NCBI GenBank assembly: GCA_040386935.1
Contig: JAZKEQ010000030.1
Location: forward strand, 600-64,599
Direction of reading: 5' to 3'
Origin: Bacteroidota bacterium
GTDB lineage: Bacteria; Bacteroidota; Bacteroidia; NS11-12g; UBA955
DNA length: 64,000 bases
Shown here: piece by piece, positions 37,854 through 48,439 of the stretch
Layout of the letters: every line of letters begins with the position of its first letter
How positions within the stretch are numbered: the first letter of the stretch is position 1
Made by a program: the position numbers and the translations under genes
The notes under the pieces: model-generated
What the model was told of the DNA's origin: nothing
The model's database searches: none
Seen by the model: the letters and a program-made list of their open reading frames with translations, nothing else

Positions 37854-40115
37854 ATGACCCGTATTCTCACCGCAATTTTTGTTTTATTAACCCTTAATCT
37901 TTTCGCTGATAATAAGCCCGTACCGGTTGGTAATTGGCGAGTGCACTTGAATTATCAGGATGTCAGACAGATAGCAGAAGTTGGCACAAAAATATATTGC
38001 GCTTCAAAAAATGGCTTATTTGTTTACAATAAAGATGGTGGCGCTACCGAAAGATTGTCGCCCATCAACGGATTTTATGGTTATGCAGTAGATGCCCTGC
38101 ACTACAGCGAAGCACAACAAACCCTTCTGATTGCCTACAGCGATGGCGTAGTGGAAATGCTAAAGGGCAATACCATTACCCGCAATATGGACATTAAACG
38201 CAAAACCATTGTTGGCGATAAAACTATTTACAGCATTAACAGTTCAGGCAGTTTTGCCTATTTCAGTACGTCTTACGGTATTTTGGAGTACAATTATTTA
38301 AAAAATGAGTTCAGAAACTGGTATGAGAACATTGGTCCGGGTGGGTCAAAATTACCTGTTTTCAGTACCGCAATTTTACATGATACGTTATTTGCAACCA
38401 CGACTATCGGCATCTTACAAGGCTCTTTATCACCCAGTGTTAATCTCTCTAATTTCGGCAGCTGGACAATGTCGCGCACCTCTCTCATCAGAAGTAAACA
38501 CATTGCTTCGTTCAACGATAATTTATTTGCTGAATCCGATAGTTTACTGTTGAAATACAGCAATGGCACCTGGTCGCTGTTTGAACCTGATTCAGGCTAT
38601 ATCATTTCCAATATCAATGTGATGCACGATAAATTGATAGTGGGAGTTTATGGCAAGCACATCATTACCCTAGATAAGAACAATGCCAAAACATATACCA
38701 ATGTCAATGAATTGAACCAATGTCTGCTTGATGCCGACAATGGGTATTGGCATGCCCATAAAGCCAATGGTTTGGTGGCCATGGCTCCGGGGGGCAATAT
38801 CAATTTTTATCCCAATGGTCCGGGAGCGCCTGATAACTTTGCGTTTCTGAATGCCTATGGCAAATTATACTGTACGGCCGGTGCTTTCTCTGTTACCACG
38901 TATGCCCCGGCATTTAACAATAACAGGTATTACAGTTTTGATAATTATAACTGGGAAAATTGCCCGCGTCTGGAACTCACGGATACACTGTATGACTTTA
39001 CTTACATGGCCTATAACCAAAACAACAAGCGCCTGTATATTGCAACTCATAGTAAAGGGCTGGTGCAACTCGACAATGGGGTAGCAACAAAAGTTTACAA
39101 TAATTCTAATTCACCTTTGGCCAAGCGTGCCAACTTATTTTGTATCGTTTCAGGTTTAGCGCTCGATAAAAACAATAATTTATGGATGAGCAATTACGAT
39201 GTCGACAGCCCTATGCTCCAGTTGAGCAACAAAGGGGTATGGTCGCGGTACAAGTTGCCGAGTCAGGCACCGGGAGCTATTCATGTAGACAGTAAAAACA
39301 ACAAATGGATCATTACACCCCGAAGCAATACGGGCATGGTATTTTTGAATGATAAAGGAACACCAACCAAGGCCGATGATGTAATACTGCCCATCACAAC
39401 ATCAAAAGGAAATGGCAATCTGCCTTCGAATTTTGTTACCGCTATTGCATTTACTAAAGGCGGTGAAATGGTTGTCGGTACTGACTTGGGTTACGGCCGC
39501 ATTCGCACTCCCGGGAATATTGCCACAGGTGGTAATTTTGATTTCGAACGCATCATTGTTTCTGTAGAAGAAGGTACCAGCTTGGGCGGCTATCTTTTAG
39601 AAAAGGAATACATCAATTGCATCACCATTGACGGTGCTGACAGAAGATGGATAGGCACGAATAACGGAGCCTGGCTGCTCGACAGTGACGGTGAAACTAT
39701 CTTACAACATTTTACAAAAGACAACTCACCTTTGTTGTCGGACAATGTGTTGAGTATTGGCATTATGGAAAGCAGTGGAGAGGTGTTTTTTGGCACCGAT
39801 CTCGGTATCATTTCATATCGCAGCAACGCCCTGAGTGAAAGCAAAAATTTAACGGAGATTAAAATTTACCCCAATCCGGTACGCCCTGATTTTGATGGGG
39901 ATATCGCCATTACAGGATTGAAAGACAATACACTTGTTAAAATTACAGATATCAACGGATTGCTGGTATACCAAACCTATAGCAATGGCGGTATGGCCAC
40001 ATGGAACTGCCGTACATTTGACGGAACACGACCTGCGACAGGTGTGTACCTGGCTTTTTGTGTAACAGAGGACGGAGGAGAAACGGGACTTGGTAAAATT
40101 TTATTTATTAAGTAA
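37854..40115 (+). CDS. beta-propeller protein with a T9SS C-terminal sorting domain (PorZ-like)
   Basis: It has a signal peptide, two-component-regulator-propeller-like repeats and the C-terminal IKIYPNPVRPDF...GVYLAF...KILFIK. It sits next to recO, as in many Bacteroidota. Confidence 0.6.
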   Translation: MTRILTAIFVLLTLNLFADNKPVPVGNWRVHLNYQDVRQIAEVGTKIYCASKNGLFVYNKDGGATERLSPINGFYGYAVDALHYSEAQQTLLIAYSDGVVEMLKGNTITRNMDIKRKTIVGDKTIYSINSSGSFAYFSTSYGILEYNYLKNEFRNWYENIGPGGSKLPVFSTAILHDTLFATTTIGILQGSLSPSVNLSNFGSWTMSRTSLIRSKHIASFNDNLFAESDSLLLKYSNGTWSLFEPDSGYIISNINVMHDKLIVGVYGKHIITLDKNNAKTYTNVNELNQCLLDADNGYWHAHKANGLVAMAPGGNINFYPNGPGAPDNFAFLNAYGKLYCTAGAFSVTTYAPAFNNNRYYSFDNYNWENCPRLELTDTLYDFTYMAYNQNNKRLYIATHSKGLVQLDNGVATKVYNNSNSPLAKRANLFCIVSGLALDKNNNLWMSNYDVDSPMLQLSNKGVWSRYKLPSQAPGAIHVDSKNNKWIITPRSNTGMVFLNDKGTPTKADDVILPITTSKGNGNLPSNFVTAIAFTKGGEMVVGTDLGYGRIRTPGNIATGGNFDFERIIVSVEEGTSLGGYLLEKEYINCITIDGADRRWIGTNNGAWLLDSDGETILQHFTKDNSPLLSDNVLSIGIMESSGEVFFGTDLGIISYRSNALSESKNLTEIKIYPNPVRPDFDGDIAITGLKDNTLVKITDINGLLVYQTYSNGGMATWNCRTFDGTRPATGVYLAFCVTEDGGETGLGKILFIK

Positions 40116-40124
40116 GGAGTTGTT

Positions 40125-40832
40125 TTGCTGACCAAAACCAAAGGCATAATTATTAAAACCATTCGCTATGGCGATGCTTCAGCGATTACTAAAATCTATA
40201 CCGAAGAGTTTGGATTATTGGGTTATCATTTGCCATCTGTCTATAAGAATAAGGGCCGCATCAAACCTTCGCATTTGCAACCGCTGAATTGTGTTGAATT
40301 GTCTTTTATTTACAGCACTACCAAAAACCTTTCATCCATTAAGGACTTTACTTGTCACTCACATTTTAACAGCACTCTTTTTTCGCAACAAGCCTATTAC
40401 AATGTGATAGTTGAATTGTTGACCCAAACACTGAAAGAACATGAACAAAATAAAGTACTGTTCAACTATATTCATGATGAATTAATCCCCTCTTTGGATA
40501 CACCACCGGGGTTTTGGCAATTGCCGACAGCTATGCTGGAAGTATTGTATCATTACGGTTGTGCACCCAATATTGATTTTTATGAAAAAGGCGCAGCCCT
40601 TGATTTAAGGGATGGTATTTTTATTCATGCCCCTACATCAAAATACATGGCATTACCTGATGTTAGTGATACCATCTATACATTGCTCAGGCATGGTGCG
40701 GATGAGTTACCCAGTGACAGCAATTTGCGCCACAGGGTGATAGAAGACATCATTAAGTATTGCCAATGGCACATCAGTGAGCAATTCGATTTGCGCAGTC
40801 GCGATGTGTTATGGCAGGTAATGAAAGGGTAA
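40125..40832 (+). CDS. recO: DNA repair protein RecO
   Basis: The N-terminal OB-fold pattern TKGIIIKTIRYGDASAITKIYTEEFG is present and the size fits. It uses a TTG start. Confidence 0.8.
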   Translation: MLTKTKGIIIKTIRYGDASAITKIYTEEFGLLGYHLPSVYKNKGRIKPSHLQPLNCVELSFIYSTTKNLSSIKDFTCHSHFNSTLFSQQAYYNVIVELLTQTLKEHEQNKVLFNYIHDELIPSLDTPPGFWQLPTAMLEVLYHYGCAPNIDFYEKGAALDLRDGIFIHAPTSKYMALPDVSDTIYTLLRHGADELPSDSNLRHRVIEDIIKYCQWHISEQFDLRSRDVLWQVMKG

Positions 40833-40834
40833 TA

Positions 40835-41845
40835 CTAGGCTGTAGTGGCCGCTCCCAACATCGCTTGTACTTGCTCCACCATTTCTTTTGAACCGATATA
40901 AATCGGGGTTCTCTGATGCAGTGATTCAGGTTGAATGTCCATGATGCGGATTTGACCGTTGGTAGCTGTTCCACCTGCTTGTTCAACAAGGAAAGCCATT
41001 GGGTTACATTCGTACAACAAACGCAATTTACCATTAGGCGCCTTAGCTGTTGAAGGGTATAAATAAATACCGCCCTTTAGTAAGTTGCGGTGAAAGTCTG
41101 CGATTAATGAACCGATGTAACGCGCTGAATAAGGTCTTTTTTCATCTTTGTTATTGCCTTTGCACCAGGCCACATAATCAATCACGCCTTTCGGAAATTC
41201 ATTCAAATTGCCTTCGTTTAATGAGAAGATAGACCCTTTTTCAGGTGTTTTAATATCGGGGTGAGACAGGCAGAACTCTTGAATAGAATCATCCAGTGTA
41301 AAGCCATTAACGCCATTGCCAGTTGTGTACACGAACATGGTGGCAGTACCGTAAATAACATAACCGGCAGCTACCTGACGATTGCCCGGTTGCATGATGT
41401 CTGCCTTGTCTACAGGTTTATCAGGTGAAATGCGTTTGTATATTGAGAAAATTGAGCCAATAGATGCGTTCACATCAATATTGGATGAGCCGTCAAGCGG
41501 GTCGATGGCCAGAATGTATTTGCCGTCTTTGCCATCAGGGCACCAGTGAATGTCATCGTTTTCTTCCGATACCACACATACACAGTCGCCACCCATGTCC
41601 ATCAGGTGTATGAACACATCATTGCTGATAACATCCAGCTTTTTCTGCTCTTCACCTTGTACGTTGGTTTCACCGAAATTACCCAGAATATCAATTAAAC
41701 CGGCTTTGCGCACATCGCGGTTAATCATCTTAGCGGCTAATTGTATATCTCTGAAAATACGTGAAAGACTACCCTGTACATAGGGGAAAAGATTTTGCTG
41801 GTCGGCAATAAATTGATTTAATGTGGTGATGGAATTTTTTTTCAT
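40835..41845 (-). CDS. fbp: class 1 fructose-1,6-bisphosphatase
   Basis: It has DPLDGSSNIDVNASIGSIFSIY and the GKLRLLYE context. Confidence 0.9.
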   Translation of the reverse strand: MKKNSITTLNQFIADQQNLFPYVQGSLSRIFRDIQLAAKMINRDVRKAGLIDILGNFGETNVQGEEQKKLDVISNDVFIHLMDMGGDCVCVVSEENDDIHWCPDGKDGKYILAIDPLDGSSNIDVNASIGSIFSIYKRISPDKPVDKADIMQPGNRQVAAGYVIYGTATMFVYTTGNGVNGFTLDDSIQEFCLSHPDIKTPEKGSIFSLNEGNLNEFPKGVIDYVAWCKGNNKDEKRPYSARYIGSLIADFHRNLLKGGIYLYPSTAKAPNGKLRLLYECNPMAFLVEQAGGTATNGQIRIMDIQPESLHQRTPIYIGSKEMVEQVQAMLGAATTA

Positions 41846-41858
41846 GCTGTCGCTCGTT

Positions 41859-41866
41859 TACTTTTG
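41859..41866 (+). promoter_or_regulatory. candidate -7 box TACTTTTG upstream of lysC
   Basis: It matches TAnnTTTG and lies 18 nt before the ATG at 41884. Confidence 0.3.
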
Positions 41867-41883
41867 CAAAAATAAGCAAAAGA

Positions 41884-43149
41884 ATGAAAGTCTTTAAATT
41901 TGGTGGTGCTTCAGTGAAAGATGCTGATGCAGTAAGGAATGTAGGTAAGATTATTGCGCAATTTTCGGGTGATAAATTACTGGTGGTGATATCGGCTATG
42001 GGTAAAATAACCAATAAGCTGGAAGAATTAGTGGATGCATTTTGGAAGGGAGACAACAAAAAGAAGCAGGAAATCATCAATGACTTAAAAACTTTTCATT
42101 TTGATATTGCCGGTCATTTAATCAGCGATAAAAAACACCATATTTTCTCTGACCTTGAAGATTTGTTGATGGAGTTGGAATGTCTGGTAGAAAAAAAATA
42201 CAGCAATGTGTCGTATGATGAGATATACGATGGCATTATTTGCTACGGTGAATTGTTGTCTACTAAAATTGTAAGCGATTATTTGCAAAGCATAGAAACA
42301 AAAAACAAATGGGTAGATGCCCGTAATTTCATACAAACCGATAGTAATTTCAGAGAAGGGCGTGTGAAATGGAATGAAACTGAAGAAACCGTGAAGCGCA
42401 TACTTAAACCCTATATCGACCGCAGTGTCGTAATTACACAAGGTTTTGTAGGTAGAGATGAGCAAAACAATACCACCACTTTGGGTAGAGAAGGGTCTGA
42501 CTACAGTGCCGCTATTTTTGCCTATTGCTTGGATGCGCAGGATGTTACCATCTGGAAGGATGTAGCGGGTGTGATGAATGCCGATCCTAAGCAGTTCAGC
42601 GATGCTGTGAAACTGGAGGCCATCAATTACAATCAGGCCATTGAGTTGGCTTACTACGGTGCATCAGTGATACACCCAAAAACCATTCAGCCATTGAAAA
42701 GCAAAAACATACAGTTGTATGTGAATTCATTCATCAATATCAATGCGCCCGGAACCATTGTCAACAATAAAGCGGAAGCATTGACTCACGAATGTTACAT
42801 CATTAAAGACAATCAAACACTGTTGTCAATTTCAACAAGAAATTATTCCTTTATTGCCGAAGATAATCTGAGTGCCATATTCGATGCATTTGCAAAATAC
42901 AAAGTGCGTATCAATGTGATGCAAAATTCAGCCATCAGTTTTTCTGCCTGCTGCGATACCAAAGAAGACAAGATCACTGAAATGGTGAAAGCGTTAGAAG
43001 GGGAGTACCAGATAGAACAATTGCCGAATTGTACTCTGCTAACGATTTACAATGCCAAAAAAGAAAATGCTATTCCTGAGTTTTTAGCAAAACGCAAAAC
43101 CTTATTGAATCAGGAATTGGGTATGGCCCGACAAGTGGTGTTGCAATAA
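41884..43149 (+). CDS. lysC: aspartate kinase
   Basis: It has MKVFKFGGASVKDA, VVISAMGKITN and a C-terminal ACT region. Confidence 0.9.
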   Translation: MKVFKFGGASVKDADAVRNVGKIIAQFSGDKLLVVISAMGKITNKLEELVDAFWKGDNKKKQEIINDLKTFHFDIAGHLISDKKHHIFSDLEDLLMELECLVEKKYSNVSYDEIYDGIICYGELLSTKIVSDYLQSIETKNKWVDARNFIQTDSNFREGRVKWNETEETVKRILKPYIDRSVVITQGFVGRDEQNNTTTLGREGSDYSAAIFAYCLDAQDVTIWKDVAGVMNADPKQFSDAVKLEAINYNQAIELAYYGASVIHPKTIQPLKSKNIQLYVNSFININAPGTIVNNKAEALTHECYIIKDNQTLLSISTRNYSFIAEDNLSAIFDAFAKYKVRINVMQNSAISFSACCDTKEDKITEMVKALEGEYQIEQLPNCTLLTIYNAKKENAIPEFLAKRKTLLNQELGMARQVVLQ

Positions 43150-43165
43150 AAAGTCGCTTTGTTTA

Positions 43166-44248
43166 TTACTGTTTGCGATAGCTTATTCTGGTTTTTATTT
43201 CAGCTATAAGCGCATCTATTTCTTCTTTTCTGCCTCCTTCAATACGTTTGATAATATTGCCATTGCTGTCGATTAGAAGTAAAGTAGGAAAACTTTTGAT
43301 TTTGTAAAATGTGGTATACCCAATACTATCCTTTTCTAATTGGAAGGTATAGGTGTTTTTCGATTTGAAAAATGCAATATTTTCAACACGATCAACAGGA
43401 TTTAAAGCCTTAATATTCAAAAAGTCGGTTTGAAAAGAATCTCTAATTAACTGAAGTTTTGGAAATCCAGCTAAGCAAGGTTTGCACCCAATGAACCAAA
43501 AATCAAGTAGTGTCAACTTGTTATACTGCTTTAAAGTATTGTTAATTTTTAAAGTGTCTTCAATATTTCGAGTAACCGGTAGACTTTTTAAAATTGTAAC
43601 CAAAGAATCAAATGAATGATTGAAACTTTGAATTGAGGAAGTTTTTTTTGTGCGAACGATATTTGAGTATTGGTAATAAATTCTCTTTTTTAGTGTTCCT
43701 GCGGTGTAATAGATGCTATCTACAAGTAATGTATGTTTGTTTATCCAAATTTGTTTAACAAAGCCTACATAAGTAGACTTCATTTCATAAAAATAATGGG
43801 TTGTTGCATCAGTCAGAATTGCATTGTTCGCCTTTTTTTCAGTGTGATAAAAGCAATCTGAAAAGGGGTTTTCAAAGCCTGAAATATTGACGCCAGTTAA
43901 TTGATAACAATCCATTATTTCTTGTTTGTTGATATCAAAGTATTCAAAACTGTCAACAAAGCGATTGAAATATTTGATTTTGTTTTGTGTGCTTTTATTC
44001 AATAAGATACAAGTAGATGCAGGATCGAAATATACTAAATCAAAACTTTTAGCACTCAATCTCTGCATTTGTAAATGGCATTTAAAAGTGTCAATATTTA
44101 ATTTATTATCATCCTTTACTTTTTTATGAGCATACATAGTCATTTCACTCATGCTCATGTATTGTTCACGTATATCAGATAAGGTAATTGATTGCCCCTT
44201 CAAACTCATAAACAAAAGAAAAACTACAATCAGTAAAGAAAATTTCAA
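43166..44248 (-). CDS. secreted protein with a C-terminal TlpA/thioredoxin-like domain
   Basis: It has a signal peptide and DFWFIGCKPC (a CxxC redox motif). Confidence 0.65.
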   Translation of the reverse strand: MKFSLLIVVFLLFMSLKGQSITLSDIREQYMSMSEMTMYAHKKVKDDNKLNIDTFKCHLQMQRLSAKSFDLVYFDPASTCILLNKSTQNKIKYFNRFVDSFEYFDINKQEIMDCYQLTGVNISGFENPFSDCFYHTEKKANNAILTDATTHYFYEMKSTYVGFVKQIWINKHTLLVDSIYYTAGTLKKRIYYQYSNIVRTKKTSSIQSFNHSFDSLVTILKSLPVTRNIEDTLKINNTLKQYNKLTLLDFWFIGCKPCLAGFPKLQLIRDSFQTDFLNIKALNPVDRVENIAFFKSKNTYTFQLEKDSIGYTTFYKIKSFPTLLLIDSNGNIIKRIEGGRKEEIDALIAEIKTRISYRKQ

Positions 44249-44310
44249 AATACTTACTGTTTTCTGTTTAAAATGCCAGGATTTAGGTGGTGTTGCAATA
44301 AAAGTGAACG

Positions 44311-45621
44311 TTAGAGTTTAATAAATTCCACCCTTCGGTTATTGGCCTTGGCCTCAACAGTTGTGTTGGTTTCTGCCGGTACTGATTCTCCTTTGCCATC
44401 TGTTTCCATGCGTGAGGCATCGATACCAAATTCTTTTATCAGCATATCTTTTACAGCCTGGGCTCTTTTTTTGCTGAGTTCAAGATTGGCCTTGTCATCA
44501 CCATCGCTATCCGTATGACCGACTATTTTTATTTTAACGGTAGGATTTTCTTTCAATACATTGGCAATTTCTTTCAATGCACCATAAGATTCAGGTTTGA
44601 TGGTGGCACTGTTCACATCGAATAAGATACCACGACTCACGTATTTGCCTTCTGTAATTAATTTATTTCTTGTATCGGGTGCACCTATGGCCAGTTTTAA
44701 ATTGCTGATGAGATAGCGGTCGTTTGGCTCGTGCATGTTGCCCAATGAAAATACAATTGCGTTGTATTTGATTAGTTTTTCAAATGCACGGGGCAGATCC
44801 CATATTTTTTCTTCGTTGATATACACCCTTACACGTTGACCTTGGCGCCATACCGCCACATGCACAACAGTGCGGTTATCAAATGCAGACAATTGATTCA
44901 CGGCTACATTATTGTCAATGGTAGCCTGATGCGTGGTGGATGAAAAATAATTGATTTGAGAACGACCTGAATTATTGCCGGCAGATGTTGGGTGTAATTT
45001 TAATTCTAATCCCGTTCTGTTGCCGCTGTATTGCATCCAGTCGGTGTAGTTGTCAGGTGTTTTTAATGCACAAAAGTCGATGCTCAATTCTGTAGAGTAA
45101 AAACTGAATTGCGGATTGACCGCCAAATCAAATTCGTAGGTAAAGTTTTCGGGTAATTCAGTGACAAATTCAGGCATAAAAACACCCTGTTTTGAAATTT
45201 GCAACCACTTGCCTGTACGGCCTTCCAGATTCACAATTTCACCTGATGAATTGGTATTCCATTTGCCGGGAAAATCGCCAAGCGCATCCTGACTGAAATC
45301 CTCAATTGATTTTACTTTTTCGCCACTGATGAAATCGTATTTGGTATAGGTTTTAAAAGTTGCTTCCTTATTAGCATTATCGGTTGTGCTGTTTTCAGTA
45401 GTACCAGCTGCAGCTTTGGCAATTGAGTCACTTTTCTTTTTCTTGGCAGCCGCTTCAGCATCGTCCAAACCCTTGTCAATGGTGTTGTCGATTTTGTTGT
45501 TGATGCGGTCGTTCACTTTTCTTTTAAGCACACTACCCGGATTAATGACTTGTGCTTTTACAGAGAAAATAAATAGCAAAGTGAGGAGTGTTGCAACTGA
45601 TTTAAAGTTGGTTGTTTTCAT
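44311..45621 (-). CDS. OmpA-family protein (C-terminal OmpA domain)
   Basis: It has a signal peptide and the C-terminal GHTDSDGDDKANLELSKKRAQAV...NRRVEF. Confidence 0.8.
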   Translation of the reverse strand: MKTTNFKSVATLLTLLFIFSVKAQVINPGSVLKRKVNDRINNKIDNTIDKGLDDAEAAAKKKKSDSIAKAAAGTTENSTTDNANKEATFKTYTKYDFISGEKVKSIEDFSQDALGDFPGKWNTNSSGEIVNLEGRTGKWLQISKQGVFMPEFVTELPENFTYEFDLAVNPQFSFYSTELSIDFCALKTPDNYTDWMQYSGNRTGLELKLHPTSAGNNSGRSQINYFSSTTHQATIDNNVAVNQLSAFDNRTVVHVAVWRQGQRVRVYINEEKIWDLPRAFEKLIKYNAIVFSLGNMHEPNDRYLISNLKLAIGAPDTRNKLITEGKYVSRGILFDVNSATIKPESYGALKEIANVLKENPTVKIKIVGHTDSDGDDKANLELSKKRAQAVKDMLIKEFGIDASRMETDGKGESVPAETNTTVEAKANNRRVEFIKL

Positions 45622-45707
45622 GTCAATGTCAGTTTGATTTACACAAACATAATTAAAATTGAGATGAAATAAGAAAGGGTTTTTTGTAGGGTATAAAATT
45701 CAGGTGC

Positions 45708-47345
45708 TTACATTTCCGTTATTTTAAACTCCACTCTGCGATTGTTTAAACGGCCTTCTTCAGTATCGTTGGTATCGATGGGTTCAGTTTGACCCGCACC
45801 GCGATAGGTCATGCGACTTTCATCAATGCCCAATTCCATCAGATACATCACCACTGCATAGGCTCTGCTATTTGAAAGTGTTTCGTTAGCTTTTACACTG
45901 CCCTTGTTATCGGTATGTCCGCTTATTTCTACTTTCATGGCCGGGTAATTAAGCATCAGGTCGGCTATGCTGTCAAGGATTTCTGTTGATGTTGGCAATA
46001 ATTCCGATTTGTTGGTTTCGAATTGTATGCTTCGCAATACCAGTTTTTGTCCCACTTTAGGAGAAGTATAAATACTATTTTCTTTAACAGGAATAGTCAT
46101 GGTATCAGTCATGGTATTATTGTCGAGCATGCAGCCGCTAACAGTGCATGGACAGATGGTGCCTTCTTTTTGTTCGATTAAAACTACATCGTCAATGTAG
46201 TAGTATATCTCCTCAATAAATTTATTGACAACATTGTCGAGATAGGTGAGTCGGATGCTGGTGTCTTTAGCGAAATTACCGATGTATAAAAACTTTTCAC
46301 CACCATTGGCTATAAAGCTGCCTGATACAGTCATCCACTGTTCGCGACAGGCCAATGGCAATAAACTATGGGTTTGCATGACAACACCATTGTCGATGGC
46401 TTCTCTTGGTGTTTTAAATGGTCGGGGTTTATCAGTCAGCGTTACGGAAACACTATTAATGGCGACATCATTTGTTTTTTTGAGTTTTAGTCTGAACTGC
46501 AGACAATAAGTAACACCTTCTTTTAGGGGTTGTTTTAATTCATTGCGCAGTACTTCATAGTTCACACCAAATACGCGGTAACCGCCATAGCAATTGTTGT
46601 CTTCATAAAAAATATCGGGTGTTTCATTGGCACTTCCCCAGAATTTAGCATAGGTGTCACCACCGGGTTTTATCTGACTTGAATGACCGGGTTGCATGCG
46701 TTCACGCTCCATTTCAAAGTCGGGATTGTTAATTAAATTCAAAGGCGTATTCACGGCCCATCGTCTTGCTTTCACCATGAGTGTGATGTTTGGATACTGC
46801 TGCATGATTTCAGCATCTGTGAAGTGGATCCTTTCCAAATCAAAAGCTTTTTTCTTTTCGGCAATGGCGAATATCGAAGGGTCGCCTTTTAAAATTTGCT
46901 GAGGTGTGGCGCTGTAATGGTAATTGATTTTGCCCTTTCTTTCTTCAATATTAAAGTTACCCATGCTATCGGCTATTATGATGATGGTATCACTTTCGTG
47001 TGCAAAATATCCTGAGTCGAGATAAGCGGTTTTTTCTACCCGCCCATTGTTGTACCAACGTTTGAACAATAAGATGTTGTCGTCAGAAAAGTATTGCCAT
47101 TCGCCATTCTTCATTGATGACTCATAACTGCCACTCGCTTTTTTTACACCGTCTGTATTGAACAATACCCATTCGCCATCTCTTACAATTGTGATGTTGG
47201 TGCTGCCGTAAGTTGTTTTTGATTTAATGGTTTTTGTTTTGCCTTTGCCAATGCAATTGCCTTCAGCATCAAACGCACAATCTTTTTGAGCTTCTGAGAA
47301 GAAAGGATGGATGATTAATAAAAGAAGTAGTAAGCGTTTTGCCAT
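45708..47345 (-). CDS. OmpA-family protein (C-terminal OmpA domain, MORN-like N-terminal repeats)
   Basis: It has a signal peptide, GEW...G motifs and the C-terminal GHTDNKGSVKANETLSNSRAYAV...NRRVEF. Confidence 0.8.
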   Translation of the reverse strand: MAKRLLLLLLIIHPFFSEAQKDCAFDAEGNCIGKGKTKTIKSKTTYGSTNITIVRDGEWVLFNTDGVKKASGSYESSMKNGEWQYFSDDNILLFKRWYNNGRVEKTAYLDSGYFAHESDTIIIIADSMGNFNIEERKGKINYHYSATPQQILKGDPSIFAIAEKKKAFDLERIHFTDAEIMQQYPNITLMVKARRWAVNTPLNLINNPDFEMERERMQPGHSSQIKPGGDTYAKFWGSANETPDIFYEDNNCYGGYRVFGVNYEVLRNELKQPLKEGVTYCLQFRLKLKKTNDVAINSVSVTLTDKPRPFKTPREAIDNGVVMQTHSLLPLACREQWMTVSGSFIANGGEKFLYIGNFAKDTSIRLTYLDNVVNKFIEEIYYYIDDVVLIEQKEGTICPCTVSGCMLDNNTMTDTMTIPVKENSIYTSPKVGQKLVLRSIQFETNKSELLPTSTEILDSIADLMLNYPAMKVEISGHTDNKGSVKANETLSNSRAYAVVMYLMELGIDESRMTYRGAGQTEPIDTNDTEEGRLNNRRVEFKITEM

Positions 47346-47390
47346 TCAAAAATTCTTAACGTTGAAATTTTGAAAATAGTATGTATACAA

Positions 47391-48356
47391 TCAATTCATC
47401 CTGTTTTTAAGTGAAGGGCGCATGGATTGCAATTGAGCATCATCGATTAAAAATTTAACACCTTCTAGAGCTAACTCAGTATGTTCAAATACTGTTTTTG
47501 CTTCCAATAATAATGGCTCCAAATTATCATATCGCGAAGAAAAATGACCGATGATTAATTTATGAACGCCTGCGTGTTTGGCAATGGTAGCGGCTTGTAT
47601 AGCGGTGCTGTGATATCTGTCCGAAGCCTTTTCTATCAATGCTTCCATATAAGTAGCTTCGTGGTAAAGCAAGGTGCTTTCGCGAATATATTCTACAATG
47701 TCTAAATCAAAAATAGTATCGCTGCAATAAGCATAACTTTTCAATGGTTTGGGGTCGAAAGTCAGCTCATTGTTCATGATGGTTGTACCCTTTACATCAG
47801 TGTAATCATTGCCGGTTTTGATGCTTCTGTAATACGCCACAGGAATGCTGTGATGTTCCATTGCGTTCATGTTCAGCGGTCGGTCCTTCTTGCCTTCTTT
47901 AATTAAAAAACCAGTGCAGTGTATGCGGTGTTTCAAAGGGAAGGTGCTCAGTTCAAACGAAGGGGTTTTAACGACAAACTCCGGACTATTGGGATTGGTA
48001 GGATGAAATACAATATCAAAATCGGGTGGGTGACCACCGTGCAGCAATTGCAGGTCGATAATTTTTTTCAAAGGGGGAGGACCAATCAGGTGCAGGGGTT
48101 GTTTTCGTCCCATTAAACTCATGGAAGACAGCAAGCCGATTAATCCGAAATAGTGGTCGCCATGCAGGTGACTGATGCAGATATAGTCGAGGCCGGTGTG
48201 GCGTATACCCAGTTGCATGAGGCGCATTTGCGTACCTTCTCCGCAATCGATCAGTATTTTTTCACTGCCGATTCTAAGCAACTGGCCACTGGGGTGCCGG
48301 TCTCTTGTTGGGGTTGCGCTGCTAGAGCCTAATATGGTTAATTCCGGTACCGACAA
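47391..48356 (-). CDS. rnz: ribonuclease Z
   Basis: It has the metallo-beta-lactamase motif SHLHGDH, and its size and end motifs fit RNase Z. Confidence 0.85.
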   Translation of the reverse strand: MSVPELTILGSSSATPTRDRHPSGQLLRIGSEKILIDCGEGTQMRLMQLGIRHTGLDYICISHLHGDHYFGLIGLLSSMSLMGRKQPLHLIGPPPLKKIIDLQLLHGGHPPDFDIVFHPTNPNSPEFVVKTPSFELSTFPLKHRIHCTGFLIKEGKKDRPLNMNAMEHHSIPVAYYRSIKTGNDYTDVKGTTIMNNELTFDPKPLKSYAYCSDTIFDLDIVEYIRESTLLYHEATYMEALIEKASDRYHSTAIQAATIAKHAGVHKLIIGHFSSRYDNLEPLLLEAKTVFEHTELALEGVKFLIDDAQLQSMRPSLKNRMN

Positions 48357-48439
48357 AAATTCACTACAAGTCTACCATTATTAATACAATTTTTAATGTT
48401 TCATCCCCCAAAAAAATTTAACTTATTTTTGCCCGGTTT

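Noticed and set aside
41846-41883. A lysine riboswitch upstream of lysC.
   Set aside because: Only 38 nt separate the divergent fbp and lysC start codons, which is far too short for a ~180-nt L-box.
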